From an uncultured Granulosicoccaceae bacterium (lineage in GTDB: Bacteria > Pseudomonadota > Gammaproteobacteria > CALCKW01): a DNA stretch of 64,000 nt. The DNA is taken from contig CALAMQ010000089.1 of the NCBI GenBank assembly GCA_937925815.1, positions 16,173 through 80,172 on the forward strand. Direction: 5' to 3'. Below, piece by piece: positions 48,046 to 57,271 of the stretch; position 1 is the first letter of the stretch; each line of letters opens with the position of its first letter. The notes under the pieces were generated by a model, which was given only the letters and a program-made list of their open reading frames with translations, was not told where the DNA came from and ran no database searches. The position numbers and the translations under genes are program-made.

Positions 48046-49265
48046 CTCACCCCGAACACGTCTATGACATTTTCAACCGCGCTGACTAAGGCATCAACGT
48101 CGGTATCGTCGTTATATAATGCAAAGCTGGCACGCACGGTGGCATCGACACCAAGTGCTTGCATCAGCGGCTGACAGCAATGGTGCCCTGCGCGCACTGC
48201 TACCCCAAGCTCACCTGCTATTTGTCCAACATCGTGTGGGTGAACACCGTCGAGATTGAAAGACACGATGCCATGATCACGTTCAGGTGCGTCCAAGGCC
48301 AACACCGAAACACCGCGGAGTTGCGCCAGCGCCTCCGAGGCGCTGTGTGTGAGCGCGGCAACATGGGACTCAACTCGGTCAATGCCAGCGTCAGACAAGT
48401 AATCTGCGGCAGCTGCCATGGCAACTGCGCCGACCAAATTTGGTGAGCCGGCTTCAAGTTTTGACGGCAACGCTGCCCACACTGGTTGCTCTGCTGTTGC
48501 AAGATCAACCATGCCGCCACCGACCAGTAACGGTTCAGTACACTCCAACACGCTGCGACGGGCGAGCAGCACACCGATGCCTGTGGGCCCACTCATTTTG
48601 TGCGCTGAGGCCACAACCGCATCACAACCCCAGGTTGCCAAATCAATTCGTTGGTGGCCGATTGCCTGCGCGGCATCCACGACCACAAGAGCGCCAACGG
48701 CATGGGCACGCGCGGCGATTTCTGAAACTGGCAGCGCCACCCCCAGCACATTGGATACCGCAGTGATCGCCACCAGCTTCACACGCGGATGCAAATCATC
48801 AAACTGCGTAGCGTCGATTGTTTGATCGGTGTTAAGCGGCACCACACGAAGCGTTGCGCCGACGCGTTCACAAACGCGTTTCCAGGGCAAATAGTTTGCG
48901 TGGTGCTCGAGCGTCGTCACCCACACTTCATCGCCGGGCACGAGTACGGATTGCAACCACCCCTCAGCCAGCAAATTGAGCGATTCCGTCGCAGAACGTG
49001 TAAAGACAAGGCAATCATCTTCACGCCCACCAAGAAATCGGTGCAAGGTGCTTCGCGCCGCCTCATAGGCATCCGTGGCCCGCTCAGCAGCGGGATACAA
49101 GCCACGGTGAATTGGCCCGTAGTCCTCACTCAATACCCGGCGACTCGCCTCAACGACGGCACTGGGCTTCAACGCCGTAGCGGCGGAATCCAGATAATGC
49201 AACTGCGGATTTTCTAAGAGCTGGGGAAAATCATGTCGCCAAGGGCTTGCCAGGGATTCCACCAC
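48042..49265 (-). CDS. Type II cysteine desulfurase, second SufS/CsdA-like paralogue
   Basis: YLDSAATALKP, PLP-Lys SAHKMSGPTG, catalytic RAGHHCCQPL. GTG at 49265 lies directly after the xdhC-like stop (49267). Confidence 0.8.
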   Translation of the reverse strand: MVESLASPWRHDFPQLLENPQLHYLDSAATALKPSAVVEASRRVLSEDYGPIHRGLYPAAERATDAYEAARSTLHRFLGGREDDCLVFTRSATESLNLLAEGWLQSVLVPGDEVWVTTLEHHANYLPWKRVCERVGATLRVVPLNTDQTIDATQFDDLHPRVKLVAITAVSNVLGVALPVSEIAARAHAVGALVVVDAAQAIGHQRIDLATWGCDAVVASAHKMSGPTGIGVLLARRSVLECTEPLLVGGGMVDLATAEQPVWAALPSKLEAGSPNLVGAVAMAAAADYLSDAGIDRVESHVAALTHSASEALAQLRGVSVLALDAPERDHGIVSFNLDGVHPHDVGQIAGELGVAVRAGHHCCQPLMQALGVDATVRASFALYNDDTDVDALVSAVENVIDVFGVR

Positions 49266-49266
49266 G

Positions 49267-50052
49267 CTATGGCTCCAACAAATCCCGCATGCGGCGCCCG
49301 CTGCCACCCCGCAAATGCAGCGTAATTTCACTGACCACGCTCAATGCGATTTCCGCCGGCGTGCGCGCACCGAGATCCAGACCACAGGGCGCCATGACAC
49401 GCGAGAGTGCGTCCTCATCGAGACCGCTCTCACGCAAATACTCCAAAACCAGCCGTGCACGCTTGCGACTGGCGATCAGCGAGATGAAGCCTGCACCCGA
49501 GTCAAGCGCACGGGTCATCGACTCGTGGTCACCTTTGTGCTGAGTCGCGACGACAACGTAGTCGTCGCTATGAGGATTGAGTTTGGTGTAATCGAGGTCA
49601 TCAGTGATGCGCTCGAGTGCGTCCGGAAATTTGTCTTCAATGGCCAGAGGATCGTTGACAATCACTCGAAAACCGAGCGCGTGTGCAAACCGGCACAAGT
49701 GTTCGGCAACCTCACCGTGTCCCATGATCCAAAGACACCGCTGGCGTTGCACAGGTTCTACATACACACGCATACTCCCGCCGCATGGCATTCCGACGCC
49801 GAGCACTTCGTCGTCAAGGTCAATATCAATGATTGTCGTCTGTCCACAGTCGAGCGCTTCCACCGCCGCGTGACACGCCGTGGACTCAGCGCAGCCACCG
49901 CCCACCCAACCGGTGATGACGTCGCCGTCCGCACTGATCACAGCCTTCGATCCAGTCTTGGCTGACGACGAGCCCGTTACGTCAACGACCGTCGCCACCG
50001 CGTACGGAGTGTTAGCATCACGCAATGCGCGCAAGTGATCGATAAAATCCAT
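49267..50052 (-). CDS. XdhC/CoxI-family molybdenum-cofactor insertion chaperone
   Basis: N-terminal XdhC_CoxI pattern (PYAVATVVDVTGSSSAKTGSKAVI...G.VGGGC.E). C-terminal Rossmann-like part (LWIMGHGEVAEHL...). Confidence 0.75.
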   Translation of the reverse strand: MDFIDHLRALRDANTPYAVATVVDVTGSSSAKTGSKAVISADGDVITGWVGGGCAESTACHAAVEALDCGQTTIIDIDLDDEVLGVGMPCGGSMRVYVEPVQRQRCLWIMGHGEVAEHLCRFAHALGFRVIVNDPLAIEDKFPDALERITDDLDYTKLNPHSDDYVVVATQHKGDHESMTRALDSGAGFISLIASRKRARLVLEYLRESGLDEDALSRVMAPCGLDLGARTPAEIALSVVSEITLHLRGGSGRRMRDLLEP

Positions 50053-50055
50053 GTG

Positions 50056-50679
50056 CTATTTCTCTAGCGCCTCAAGAAAGGCCCGGTAGTCGGCCGGCGT
50101 GTCAATATCATGCACGACCCCGGGGTCGTCAACCGGAACACACTCCACACCATCAGGTGAACCTGCAAAAAGTTCTCGGGCGGAGCTGACTTCGCCCCGA
50201 CACAAAGCGCGATACCAACGCTGGCTCAATACACGCGGGTTGCCCCAGGTGCCGCGGTAAGTGGGCACCCAAGCGTCTGCGTGCGGCGCTGTCTGCACCG
50301 CTTGGTACAAGGCCGCTAGGGTTTGTGCTTTAAGCTGCGGCAAATCGGCAAGTATCACCATGCAAGCATGCGGCTCACTTCCGATCGCGTCTAGCGCCAC
50401 CCGCAATGAGCTCTGTTGACCGTCGGCGTACTGATTGTTCACCACAAACGGCAGGCCGGCCGCACACACGATTGGTGCACTGTCTTGCAAACGGTAACCC
50501 AACGCTACCACGACCGGGTCCAAGCCACTTGCAGCTAACAAATCAATACTGCGCTGTAGCAGCGAGCGCCCTTGAACGGGCAACAACAGCTTGTTGGTTT
50601 CGCCCATGCGTTGCGATTGGCCGGCAGCGAGTAACACACCGGCCACTGATACCGCGTTTTGGTGTTTCACTGCTGTCAT
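50056..50679 (-). CDS. mocA: MobA-like NTP transferase, probable molybdenum cofactor cytidylyltransferase
   Basis: VLLAAGQSQRMG..NKLLLP N-terminal nucleotidyl-transferase motif. Context next to XdhC and CoxE genes. Confidence 0.65.
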   Translation of the reverse strand: MTAVKHQNAVSVAGVLLAAGQSQRMGETNKLLLPVQGRSLLQRSIDLLAASGLDPVVVALGYRLQDSAPIVCAAGLPFVVNNQYADGQQSSLRVALDAIGSEPHACMVILADLPQLKAQTLAALYQAVQTAPHADAWVPTYRGTWGNPRVLSQRWYRALCRGEVSSARELFAGSPDGVECVPVDDPGVVHDIDTPADYRAFLEALEK

Positions 50680-51926
50680 TGCACCACTGTCAGTTGCGCT
50701 TGGCGTTTGACTGGCATGCGGTTGTCACGCGGGGTTGCAAGCAATTGCGCCAAGTCCTCAAGCGCTGCGAGGTTGTGCACGCGACGAAAATCATCCACAT
50801 GCGGCAGCAGTGCACGGGCACCTTGCGCGAGTGCCTGGTATTTGTCGTACCGCAACAAGGGGTTGAGCCATATCACCCGTTTTGCGCTGCGAGACAAACG
50901 CTCCGCCTCAACGGCGAGCAGCGCACTGTCGTCGCGCTCAAGGCCATCGGTAATCAACAATACAACTGCGCCCTGTGACAACACGCGGCGCGACCAATCC
51001 CGGTTAAACCGCAACAGGCAATCTGCGATACGTGTGCCGCCGTTCCAATCGCACACTTGCTGCGACACGGAATCCAAAGCGTCATCGACATCCCGCTGGA
51101 CCAAAGACCGCGATATGTTGGTCAACCGGGTGCCAAACACAAAACTGTGCACACGGCGTTGATCTCTTGTCAGTGCGTGCAAAAAATGCAGCATCATGCG
51201 GGAATACTGCGCCATAGAACCCGAGATATCACACAGCGCCACCACCGCAGGCTCACGCTTGCGGCGCTGGCGAGTGGCCAAGGTAATGCCACAATCAGGT
51301 CGCTTTGCCAACGCGCGCATTGAAGCACGTAAATCAATATTCCGCCCGGGACCAGAGCGGTATCTGCGGGTCAATTGCGGGCGCACGCCCAAGTCCATTC
51401 GCGCGATCGCACGACGCGCGGCGAGCACTTCTTGTTGACTCATGGATTCGAAATCTTGGTGCTGAAGGGTTTCTTGATCTGACCACGTCAGCGTTGAGCG
51501 GTGCTCAAGAATTTCTTCTTCAGGCACTTCCCGGCTCGCCGCGCTACCGGCATTGAGCGCATCGGCCAGTCTTTGCTTGAGCTTGTCAGCTTCATCAGAT
51601 GTCGGCACACGCAATTGCGGCAACATCAGAGACATCATGCGTTCGAGCAATTGGGGGTTTCGCCAAAACACATGGAAAGCTTGGTCAAAAATGGCCTGAT
51701 GTTCGCGGCGTGTGATAAAACACGCCGACAACGCCCAGTAGAGGTCGAGCCTCGACCGCAACCCCACGGCCGTCAGCGCCGATGCCGCGTGAAGCAACGC
51801 ACCCGGCCCAACCGGCACACCCACTTCACGCAACACCCGAGCGAAATGCATGAGATTCGCGGCGAGTTCGCCGCCATGCTGACCTGGCAACTGCGGTAAT
51901 CGGTGTGATTGCAGCCCGTTTGTCAC
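50676..51926 (-). CDS. coxE: VWA-domain protein, CoxE-like
   Basis: MIDAS-like motif LCDISGSM in the C-terminal VWA domain. Follows the MoxR-type ATPase with a 4-nt overlap. Confidence 0.75.
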   Translation of the reverse strand: MTNGLQSHRLPQLPGQHGGELAANLMHFARVLREVGVPVGPGALLHAASALTAVGLRSRLDLYWALSACFITRREHQAIFDQAFHVFWRNPQLLERMMSLMLPQLRVPTSDEADKLKQRLADALNAGSAASREVPEEEILEHRSTLTWSDQETLQHQDFESMSQQEVLAARRAIARMDLGVRPQLTRRYRSGPGRNIDLRASMRALAKRPDCGITLATRQRRKREPAVVALCDISGSMAQYSRMMLHFLHALTRDQRRVHSFVFGTRLTNISRSLVQRDVDDALDSVSQQVCDWNGGTRIADCLLRFNRDWSRRVLSQGAVVLLITDGLERDDSALLAVEAERLSRSAKRVIWLNPLLRYDKYQALAQGARALLPHVDDFRRVHNLAALEDLAQLLATPRDNRMPVKRQAQLTVVQ

Positions 51927-52840
51927 TGCCCTTCCCGCGACATTTCCATACGAATCTGCTCAAGTACACTCGCGGCCTCTGTGCCACGCAAGCGCGCCAC
52001 ATCGTCCTGGTATTTCAACAACGCACCGACTGATTGGTCTATCACGGCAGGATCAAGTGACACCACGTCGAGCTGCGTGAGTGCATGAGCCCAATCAAGT
52101 GTTTCGGCAATACCCGGTGATTTAAACAAATCCATGCCACGCAAGCTGTGTACGAAGGCGACGATCTCTGAGCTGAGCTTATCGGGTAGGTCAGGCGCTT
52201 TGCGACGCAGAATGTCGCGTTCACGTTCCGCACTCGGGTAATCCACCCAATGGTAAAAACAACGCCGCTTGATCGCGTCGTGGATTTCTCGCGTGCGATT
52301 CGATGTGACCAGTACAATTGGCGGTGTTTTCGCCTTGACGGTTCCCATTTCGGGAATGGTCATTTGAAATTCGGATAGCACCTCGAGCAAGAAGGCTTCG
52401 AAAGGCTCGTCGGCGCGGTCGAGCTCATCAATCAAAAGCACTGCTTGCTCCGCGCCTGCTGGTTGCAAGGCCTCGAGCAGAGGCCGCCGCGTGAGAAAAG
52501 CGTCGCTGTAGAGCCGTTCACGCAGACCAGCCGTCTCACTCTGACCCGCTTCGGCCAAACGGATCTCCATCATTTGAGCGGGGTAGTTCCACTCGTAGGC
52601 GGCTGTGCCGATGTCCAAGCCTTCATAACACTGCAAACGCACCAACGGGGAACCGGTCGCGGCCGCCACCACTTTGGCAATCTCAGTCTTGCCAACCCCC
52701 GCGTCCCCCTCTAGAAAGAGCGGTCGGCCGAGCGACAAACTCAGAAACAAAGAGGTCGCCAGCGAGCGGTCTGCAATGTAGTCGTGGGCACTGAGCATCG
52801 CCAGTGTGCCGTCGACATCAGTTGGCATTGAAGGTGTCAT
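51923..52840 (-). CDS. coxD: MoxR-type AAA+ ATPase, CoxD-like
   Basis: Walker A GDAGVGKT, Walker B LLIDELD. ATG at 52840 was preferred over TTG at 52897 because an intrinsic terminator hairpin lies at 52856-52890. Confidence 0.8.
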   Translation of the reverse strand: MTPSMPTDVDGTLAMLSAHDYIADRSLATSLFLSLSLGRPLFLEGDAGVGKTEIAKVVAAATGSPLVRLQCYEGLDIGTAAYEWNYPAQMMEIRLAEAGQSETAGLRERLYSDAFLTRRPLLEALQPAGAEQAVLLIDELDRADEPFEAFLLEVLSEFQMTIPEMGTVKAKTPPIVLVTSNRTREIHDAIKRRCFYHWVDYPSAERERDILRRKAPDLPDKLSSEIVAFVHSLRGMDLFKSPGIAETLDWAHALTQLDVVSLDPAVIDQSVGALLKYQDDVARLRGTEAASVLEQIRMEMSREGQ

Positions 52841-52855
52841 GGTGCGCTTCCAATG

Positions 52856-52890
52856 AAAAAAAAGGCCCGTTACCGGCACAGTAACGGGCC
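52856..52890 (-). terminator. Intrinsic terminator/attenuator between coxM and coxD
   Basis: Minus strand reads GGCCCGTTAC-TGTGCCG-GTAACGGGCC followed by T8. 10-bp perfect stem (52864-52873 with 52881-52890); plus-strand A8 at 52856-52863. Confidence 0.8.
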
Positions 52891-52908
52891 GAGCCAAGGG
52901 CGTTGATG

Positions 52909-53700
52909 TCAGCAGGCGGCGACCGCCCTCTTGGTCATCACGCCAACGAGGTTTGCACGGTATGCCGCGCTTGCATGGATATCCTCGTTGAGGTTGTCAG
53001 AGTCAACAGACAGGCCCTCGAGCGCTGCGGCGGAAAAATCCGCAGACAAAGCCTGCTCAAAACTGTCAGCTCGGAACACGCTGGCAGCCGCCCCCGTCAC
53101 AGCAACCCGAATACCCTCGGCGGATTGAGCAACCATAACACCGACAACGGCGTAGCGAGAGGCGGGATTTGGGAATTTCCGGTACGCAGCCTTGAGCGGA
53201 ATGGGAAAGCTCACAGAGACCACAAGCTCGTCTTCTTCTAGCGCCGTCTCAAACACATCCAAAAAGAAATCATCCGCAGCAATGGATCGCTTATTGGTGT
53301 TCACCGTGGCGTTGAGGCCAACAACCGCAGCAGGGTAATCTGCTGCGGGGTCAGCATTGGCAATAGAACCGCCGATGGTGCCACGGTTTCGCACCATGGG
53401 ATCGCCGATACCACTTGCGAGTGCCGCAAGAGCGGGAATCGCAGCTTGCACGTCAGAGTTGGATGCCACCGCAGCGTGGGTTGTCATTGCCCCAACTACG
53501 ATGGTGTCGCCGTCGCGACTGACACCGACAAGTTCGCTTGCGCCAGCGAGGTCCACTAGGGTGTCGGGCGTTGCCAGCATTTGCTTCATGGTCGGCAACA
53601 GGGTCATACCACCAGCGAGAAATTTGCCGTCATCAGCGCCATTGAGTGCGACTAAAGCCTCATCGACAGAGCCGGCCTTACGATAGTTAAAAGCTTCCAT
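52909..53700 (-). CDS. coxM: Molybdenum hydroxylase FAD-binding medium subunit (CoxM-like)
   Basis: FNYRKAGSVDEAL...LAGGMTLLP FAD-binding pattern. ATG at 53700 is preceded by GAGGAG. Confidence 0.85.
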   Translation of the reverse strand: MEAFNYRKAGSVDEALVALNGADDGKFLAGGMTLLPTMKQMLATPDTLVDLAGASELVGVSRDGDTIVVGAMTTHAAVASNSDVQAAIPALAALASGIGDPMVRNRGTIGGSIANADPAADYPAAVVGLNATVNTNKRSIAADDFFLDVFETALEEDELVVSVSFPIPLKAAYRKFPNPASRYAVVGVMVAQSAEGIRVAVTGAAASVFRADSFEQALSADFSAAALEGLSVDSDNLNEDIHASAAYRANLVGVMTKRAVAAC

Positions 53701-53711
53701 GGTTGCTCTCC

Positions 53712-56087
53712 TCAGGCGTTTTTCGCGTTCATGATTGACCACACCTTGTGTGCGGTGACTGGCATATCGATGTGCTTGACACCGAAGTCGCCCAACGCGT
53801 TGATCACGGCGTTGACAACAGCTGGCGGCGAACCGATTGCACCTGCTTCACCACAGCCTTTGACGCCAAGTGGGTTGTGGGTACAGGCCGTGACATGGTT
53901 ACTCACTGTCACATTCGGCAAGTCATCGGCGCGCGGCATGCAGTAATCCATGTAACTGCCTGTGACAAGTTGCCCGTTGCTGTCGTAAACCGCGCCCTCC
54001 ATCAAGGCCTGGCCCACACCCTGAGCGACACCACCGTGTACCTGGCCCTCGACAATCATCGGATTGATGATGTTGCCAAAATCGTCCGATGCGTGAAAAT
54101 CGACAATGTCGATTACACCGGTCTCTTTGTCTATTTCAACTTCACAAATGTACGCGCCAGCTGGAAAGGTGAAGTTCTTGGGGTCGTAGAACGCCGTTTC
54201 CTCCAATCCCGGCTCCAGCGTTTCAAGCGGAAAGTTGTGCGGCACGTAAGCGGTGAGAGCCACGTCTCCAAATCCAACCGACTTGTCCGTGCCGTCTATT
54301 GAAAATTGACCGTCCTTAAACACCACATCGTCGGCACTAGCCTCCATTAAGTGAGCGGCAATCTGGCGACCCTTGAGCACAATTTTGTCTAGAGCATTCG
54401 CCAGTGCAGCACCACCCACCGCGATGGAGCGTGAGCCGTATGTGCCCATTCCAAACGGAACCTTGCCGGTGTCACCGTGCACGATATCGACATTATCGAG
54501 CGGGATGCCGAGCGTATCGGAGACGACTTGTGCAAAGGTTGTTTCATGACCTTGACCGTGCGAGTGCGAACCGGTCAACACCGTCACCGACCCTGTGGGG
54601 TTGACCCGAACAGTTGCCGCCTCGTAGAGGCCCGCTCGCGCGCCCAAGGCACCGGCGATGTTTGATGGCGCAATGCCACAGGCCTCGATGTAGCACGCCA
54701 AACCACGTCCTCGCAGTTTGCCTCGCGAAGCTGACTCCGCTTTTCGTGCCTCAAAGCCAGACGCATCGGTGCGCTCCAGCGCGAGGTCCAGCGTTGCTTG
54801 GTAATTGCCTGTGTCATAGGTCAACGCAACCGGCGTGTCGTACGGGAAGGCATCGGGCTGAATAAAGTTGCGGCGACGCAATTCAACCGGGTCGATGCCT
54901 GTTTCAATGGCAGCAAGATCGACCACCCTCTCGAGCAGGTATGACGCCTCTGGTCTGCCCGCGCCTCGGTAGGCGTCCACCGCAACAGTGTTAGTGAAGA
55001 CGCCTTTGACATTGGTGTAAATGGCAGGGGTGGTATAGGTGCCGGCGAGCAACGTGCCGTGCAAATAAGTTGGGACAGCAGGTGCGAAAGTCGATAAGTA
55101 CGCCCCCATGTTCGCAAGGGTGTTTGCCCGCAAGGCGAGAAATTTGCCGTTGTCGTCCAGTGCCAGCTCAACCGTGGTGAGGTGGTCTCGACCGTGCGCA
55201 TCAGAGATAAACGCCTCGCTGCGGTCCGCCGTCCACTTGACCGGGCAGCCGACGAGCTTCGACGCCACTGTGACGATAGCCTCTTCGGCATAGTGGAATA
55301 TCTTCGAGCCAAAACCTCCACCGACGTCGGGCGCAACAACTCGCAACTTGTGCTCAGGCAAGCTCAGTACAAAAGCACCCATCAACAACCGGATAACATG
55401 CGGGTTTTGACTTGTTGTATAGAGCGTGTGCTCACCGGTGGCACTGTTGTAATCCCCAATTGCAGACCGGGGTTCCATCGCGTTTGGTACGAGCCGGTTG
55501 TTAACCAATTCCAGCCGCGTGACGTGTGCCGCACTTGCAATTGCGGCCTCCGCAGCCGCCTCGTCACCAAGCTCCCAGTCAAAACACACATTACTGGGGG
55601 TGTCGCTGTGAACCAATTCAGCCCCGTCTGCAACAGCAGCTTGCATGTCCACCATCGGCGGCAGATCGGTGTAATTGACGTCGACCAACGCCGCTGCTTT
55701 TCGCGCCAGCGTTTTCGATTGCGCGATCACAATTGCAACCGGATCACCAACGTGGCGAACCGCACCCTCGGCTAGAATGGGGTGCTTGGGCTCGGTCATT
55801 GGCTCACCGTCCTTGCTGTGAACTTGCCAGCCACATGGCAATCCGCCATACGCACTAAAGTCCGCAGCCGTCAGCACCGCAAGCACACCGTTTGCAGCCG
55901 CAGCCGCAGAGGTGTCTATACCGTTGATTGTCGCCCTCGCGTGTGGCGAGCGCACCATGACCGCGTAGGCTTGGTTTGGCAAGACGATATCGTCAACATA
56001 GTTACCCAAACCACGCAGGAATCGACTGTCTTCGACGCGCGTGACTGAATCACCAATGCCGGTATTTAAAGGTTCTGCAGCAGCCAT
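53712..56087 (-). CDS. coxL: Molybdopterin-binding large subunit of a CODH/xanthine-oxidase-family hydroxylase, form-II CoxL type
   Basis: About 790 aa. N-terminus [18 protein letters not shown]. Active-site loop [14 protein letters not shown] carries the AYRGAGR form-II signature. ATGA overlap with coxS. Confidence 0.85.
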   Translation of the reverse strand: MAAAEPLNTGIGDSVTRVEDSRFLRGLGNYVDDIVLPNQAYAVMVRSPHARATINGIDTSAAAAANGVLAVLTAADFSAYGGLPCGWQVHSKDGEPMTEPKHPILAEGAVRHVGDPVAIVIAQSKTLARKAAALVDVNYTDLPPMVDMQAAVADGAELVHSDTPSNVCFDWELGDEAAAEAAIASAAHVTRLELVNNRLVPNAMEPRSAIGDYNSATGEHTLYTTSQNPHVIRLLMGAFVLSLPEHKLRVVAPDVGGGFGSKIFHYAEEAIVTVASKLVGCPVKWTADRSEAFISDAHGRDHLTTVELALDDNGKFLALRANTLANMGAYLSTFAPAVPTYLHGTLLAGTYTTPAIYTNVKGVFTNTVAVDAYRGAGRPEASYLLERVVDLAAIETGIDPVELRRRNFIQPDAFPYDTPVALTYDTGNYQATLDLALERTDASGFEARKAESASRGKLRGRGLACYIEACGIAPSNIAGALGARAGLYEAATVRVNPTGSVTVLTGSHSHGQGHETTFAQVVSDTLGIPLDNVDIVHGDTGKVPFGMGTYGSRSIAVGGAALANALDKIVLKGRQIAAHLMEASADDVVFKDGQFSIDGTDKSVGFGDVALTAYVPHNFPLETLEPGLEETAFYDPKNFTFPAGAYICEVEIDKETGVIDIVDFHASDDFGNIINPMIVEGQVHGGVAQGVGQALMEGAVYDSNGQLVTGSYMDYCMPRADDLPNVTVSNHVTACTHNPLGVKGCGEAGAIGSPPAVVNAVINALGDFGVKHIDMPVTAHKVWSIMNAKNA

Positions 56088-56560
56088 CAGCGTGCCTCCA
56101 TGTCTTTTGCGCCAGCCAAAATCGAGCGCACAATGTTGGTGTAACCCGTGCAACGACAGAGATTCCCTTCGAGCGCCTCGCGCACATCTTGCTCAGATGG
56201 ACTGGGATTATTCTTGACGATATCGAGCGCACTCATGACCATGCCCGGCGTGCAAAAACCGCACTGCAAGCCGTGGTTGTCTTTGAATGCCTGTTGCATC
56301 GGGTGCAGCGTCTCGCCGTCAGACACACCTTCTATTGTGTCGATTTCACACCCATCAGCCTGAGCGACGAGCATGGTGCAAGCCTTCACTGCAGATCCAT
56401 TGACATGGATTGTGCAAGCGCCGCATTGACTGGTATCACAGCCGACGTGTGTCCCCGTTAGCCTAAGGTCATCTCGCAAAAACGTGACGAGAAGGGTTTC
56501 GTCGGCGACTTCCGCCGCCACGGCCTTCCCGTTGACTGTCATCGACACACTCACTGACAT
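56087..56560 (-). CDS. coxS: [2Fe-2S] small subunit (CoxS-like)
   Basis: [15 protein letters not shown] and [10 protein letters not shown] cluster motifs. RBS AAGGAGA upstream. Confidence 0.9.
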   Translation of the reverse strand: MSVSVSMTVNGKAVAAEVADETLLVTFLRDDLRLTGTHVGCDTSQCGACTIHVNGSAVKACTMLVAQADGCEIDTIEGVSDGETLHPMQQAFKDNHGLQCGFCTPGMVMSALDIVKNNPSPSEQDVREALEGNLCRCTGYTNIVRSILAGAKDMEAR

Positions 56561-56875
56561 ACCTGTCTCCTTTTAGGTTTTCCCCACAAAGATTGGGGAC
56601 AATTCTGACTTCTCTCTTGTGGTTAGACCGACCGTGTAGAGGGCTGCATTCGATACCGGCTTCGGCACCGCACCAATTGCAATCAACGCACACGGCGCCT
56701 AAGGGATTTGTCCTGCCCGCACTGGCCTTGATGCACAACACATCAGATATTCGGTCAACACCCAGAACAATACCGCATAACGCAGAACGACTAAACACGT
56801 TCGGAATCCTCGACCGAGAGTCAGATCAGACGCGCATGGGTCAAATTTGACAGAAAGGGACCACACCAAGCGCCC

Positions 56876-56891
56876 TGATTGCACGCAATCA
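56876..56891. repeat. 16-bp palindrome TGATTGC-AC-GCAATCA in the cox/hypothetical divergent intergenic region
   Basis: Read directly. A second perfect 10-bp palindrome TCAAATTTGA lies at 56841-56850. Confidence 0.9.
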
Positions 56892-57271
56892 AATGGCATT
56901 CAGGCGACTGAGGCCTATCATTTTCATGCAATTCTCTATTGCGTATATTACAAATATCATGAATAATACGAAGGGGATTCTCACTCGAGCACACAAGCTC
57001 GCCCACCCCAAATCATTGGACTTAGCCTCCGAATACCGGTCACTTCCACTGATTTGACAGATGTTGGACCCATAAATGGGTGTAGCGACTGGCTCAACAG
57101 ACTTACGCAAACGCGTGCAATTGAGAAACTGTTTTGCACCCCTAACCACCTAAGCAGCCGCTCTCGTAACGGTGGCGATGTCCCGTATCACCGCAGGTGA
57201 CTTATGATTCTTATTAATTAAGAGGCGCTACAGCCTTGTGAACACCAAAGACTCTGCTTGAAAACGAAAAC

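Noticed and set aside
52841-52897. Longer TTG-initiated version of coxD
   Set aside because: It would place a perfect 10-bp hairpin plus T8 terminator inside the coding region. The ATG at 52840, with a GGAAG upstream, fits better.
56561-56700. Moco riboswitch in the coxS leader
   Set aside because: I could not recognise the conserved Moco-motif elements on the minus strand. A GCCTCCGA string at about 57025 is on the wrong strand for cox. This needs an Infernal scan, so I make no claim.
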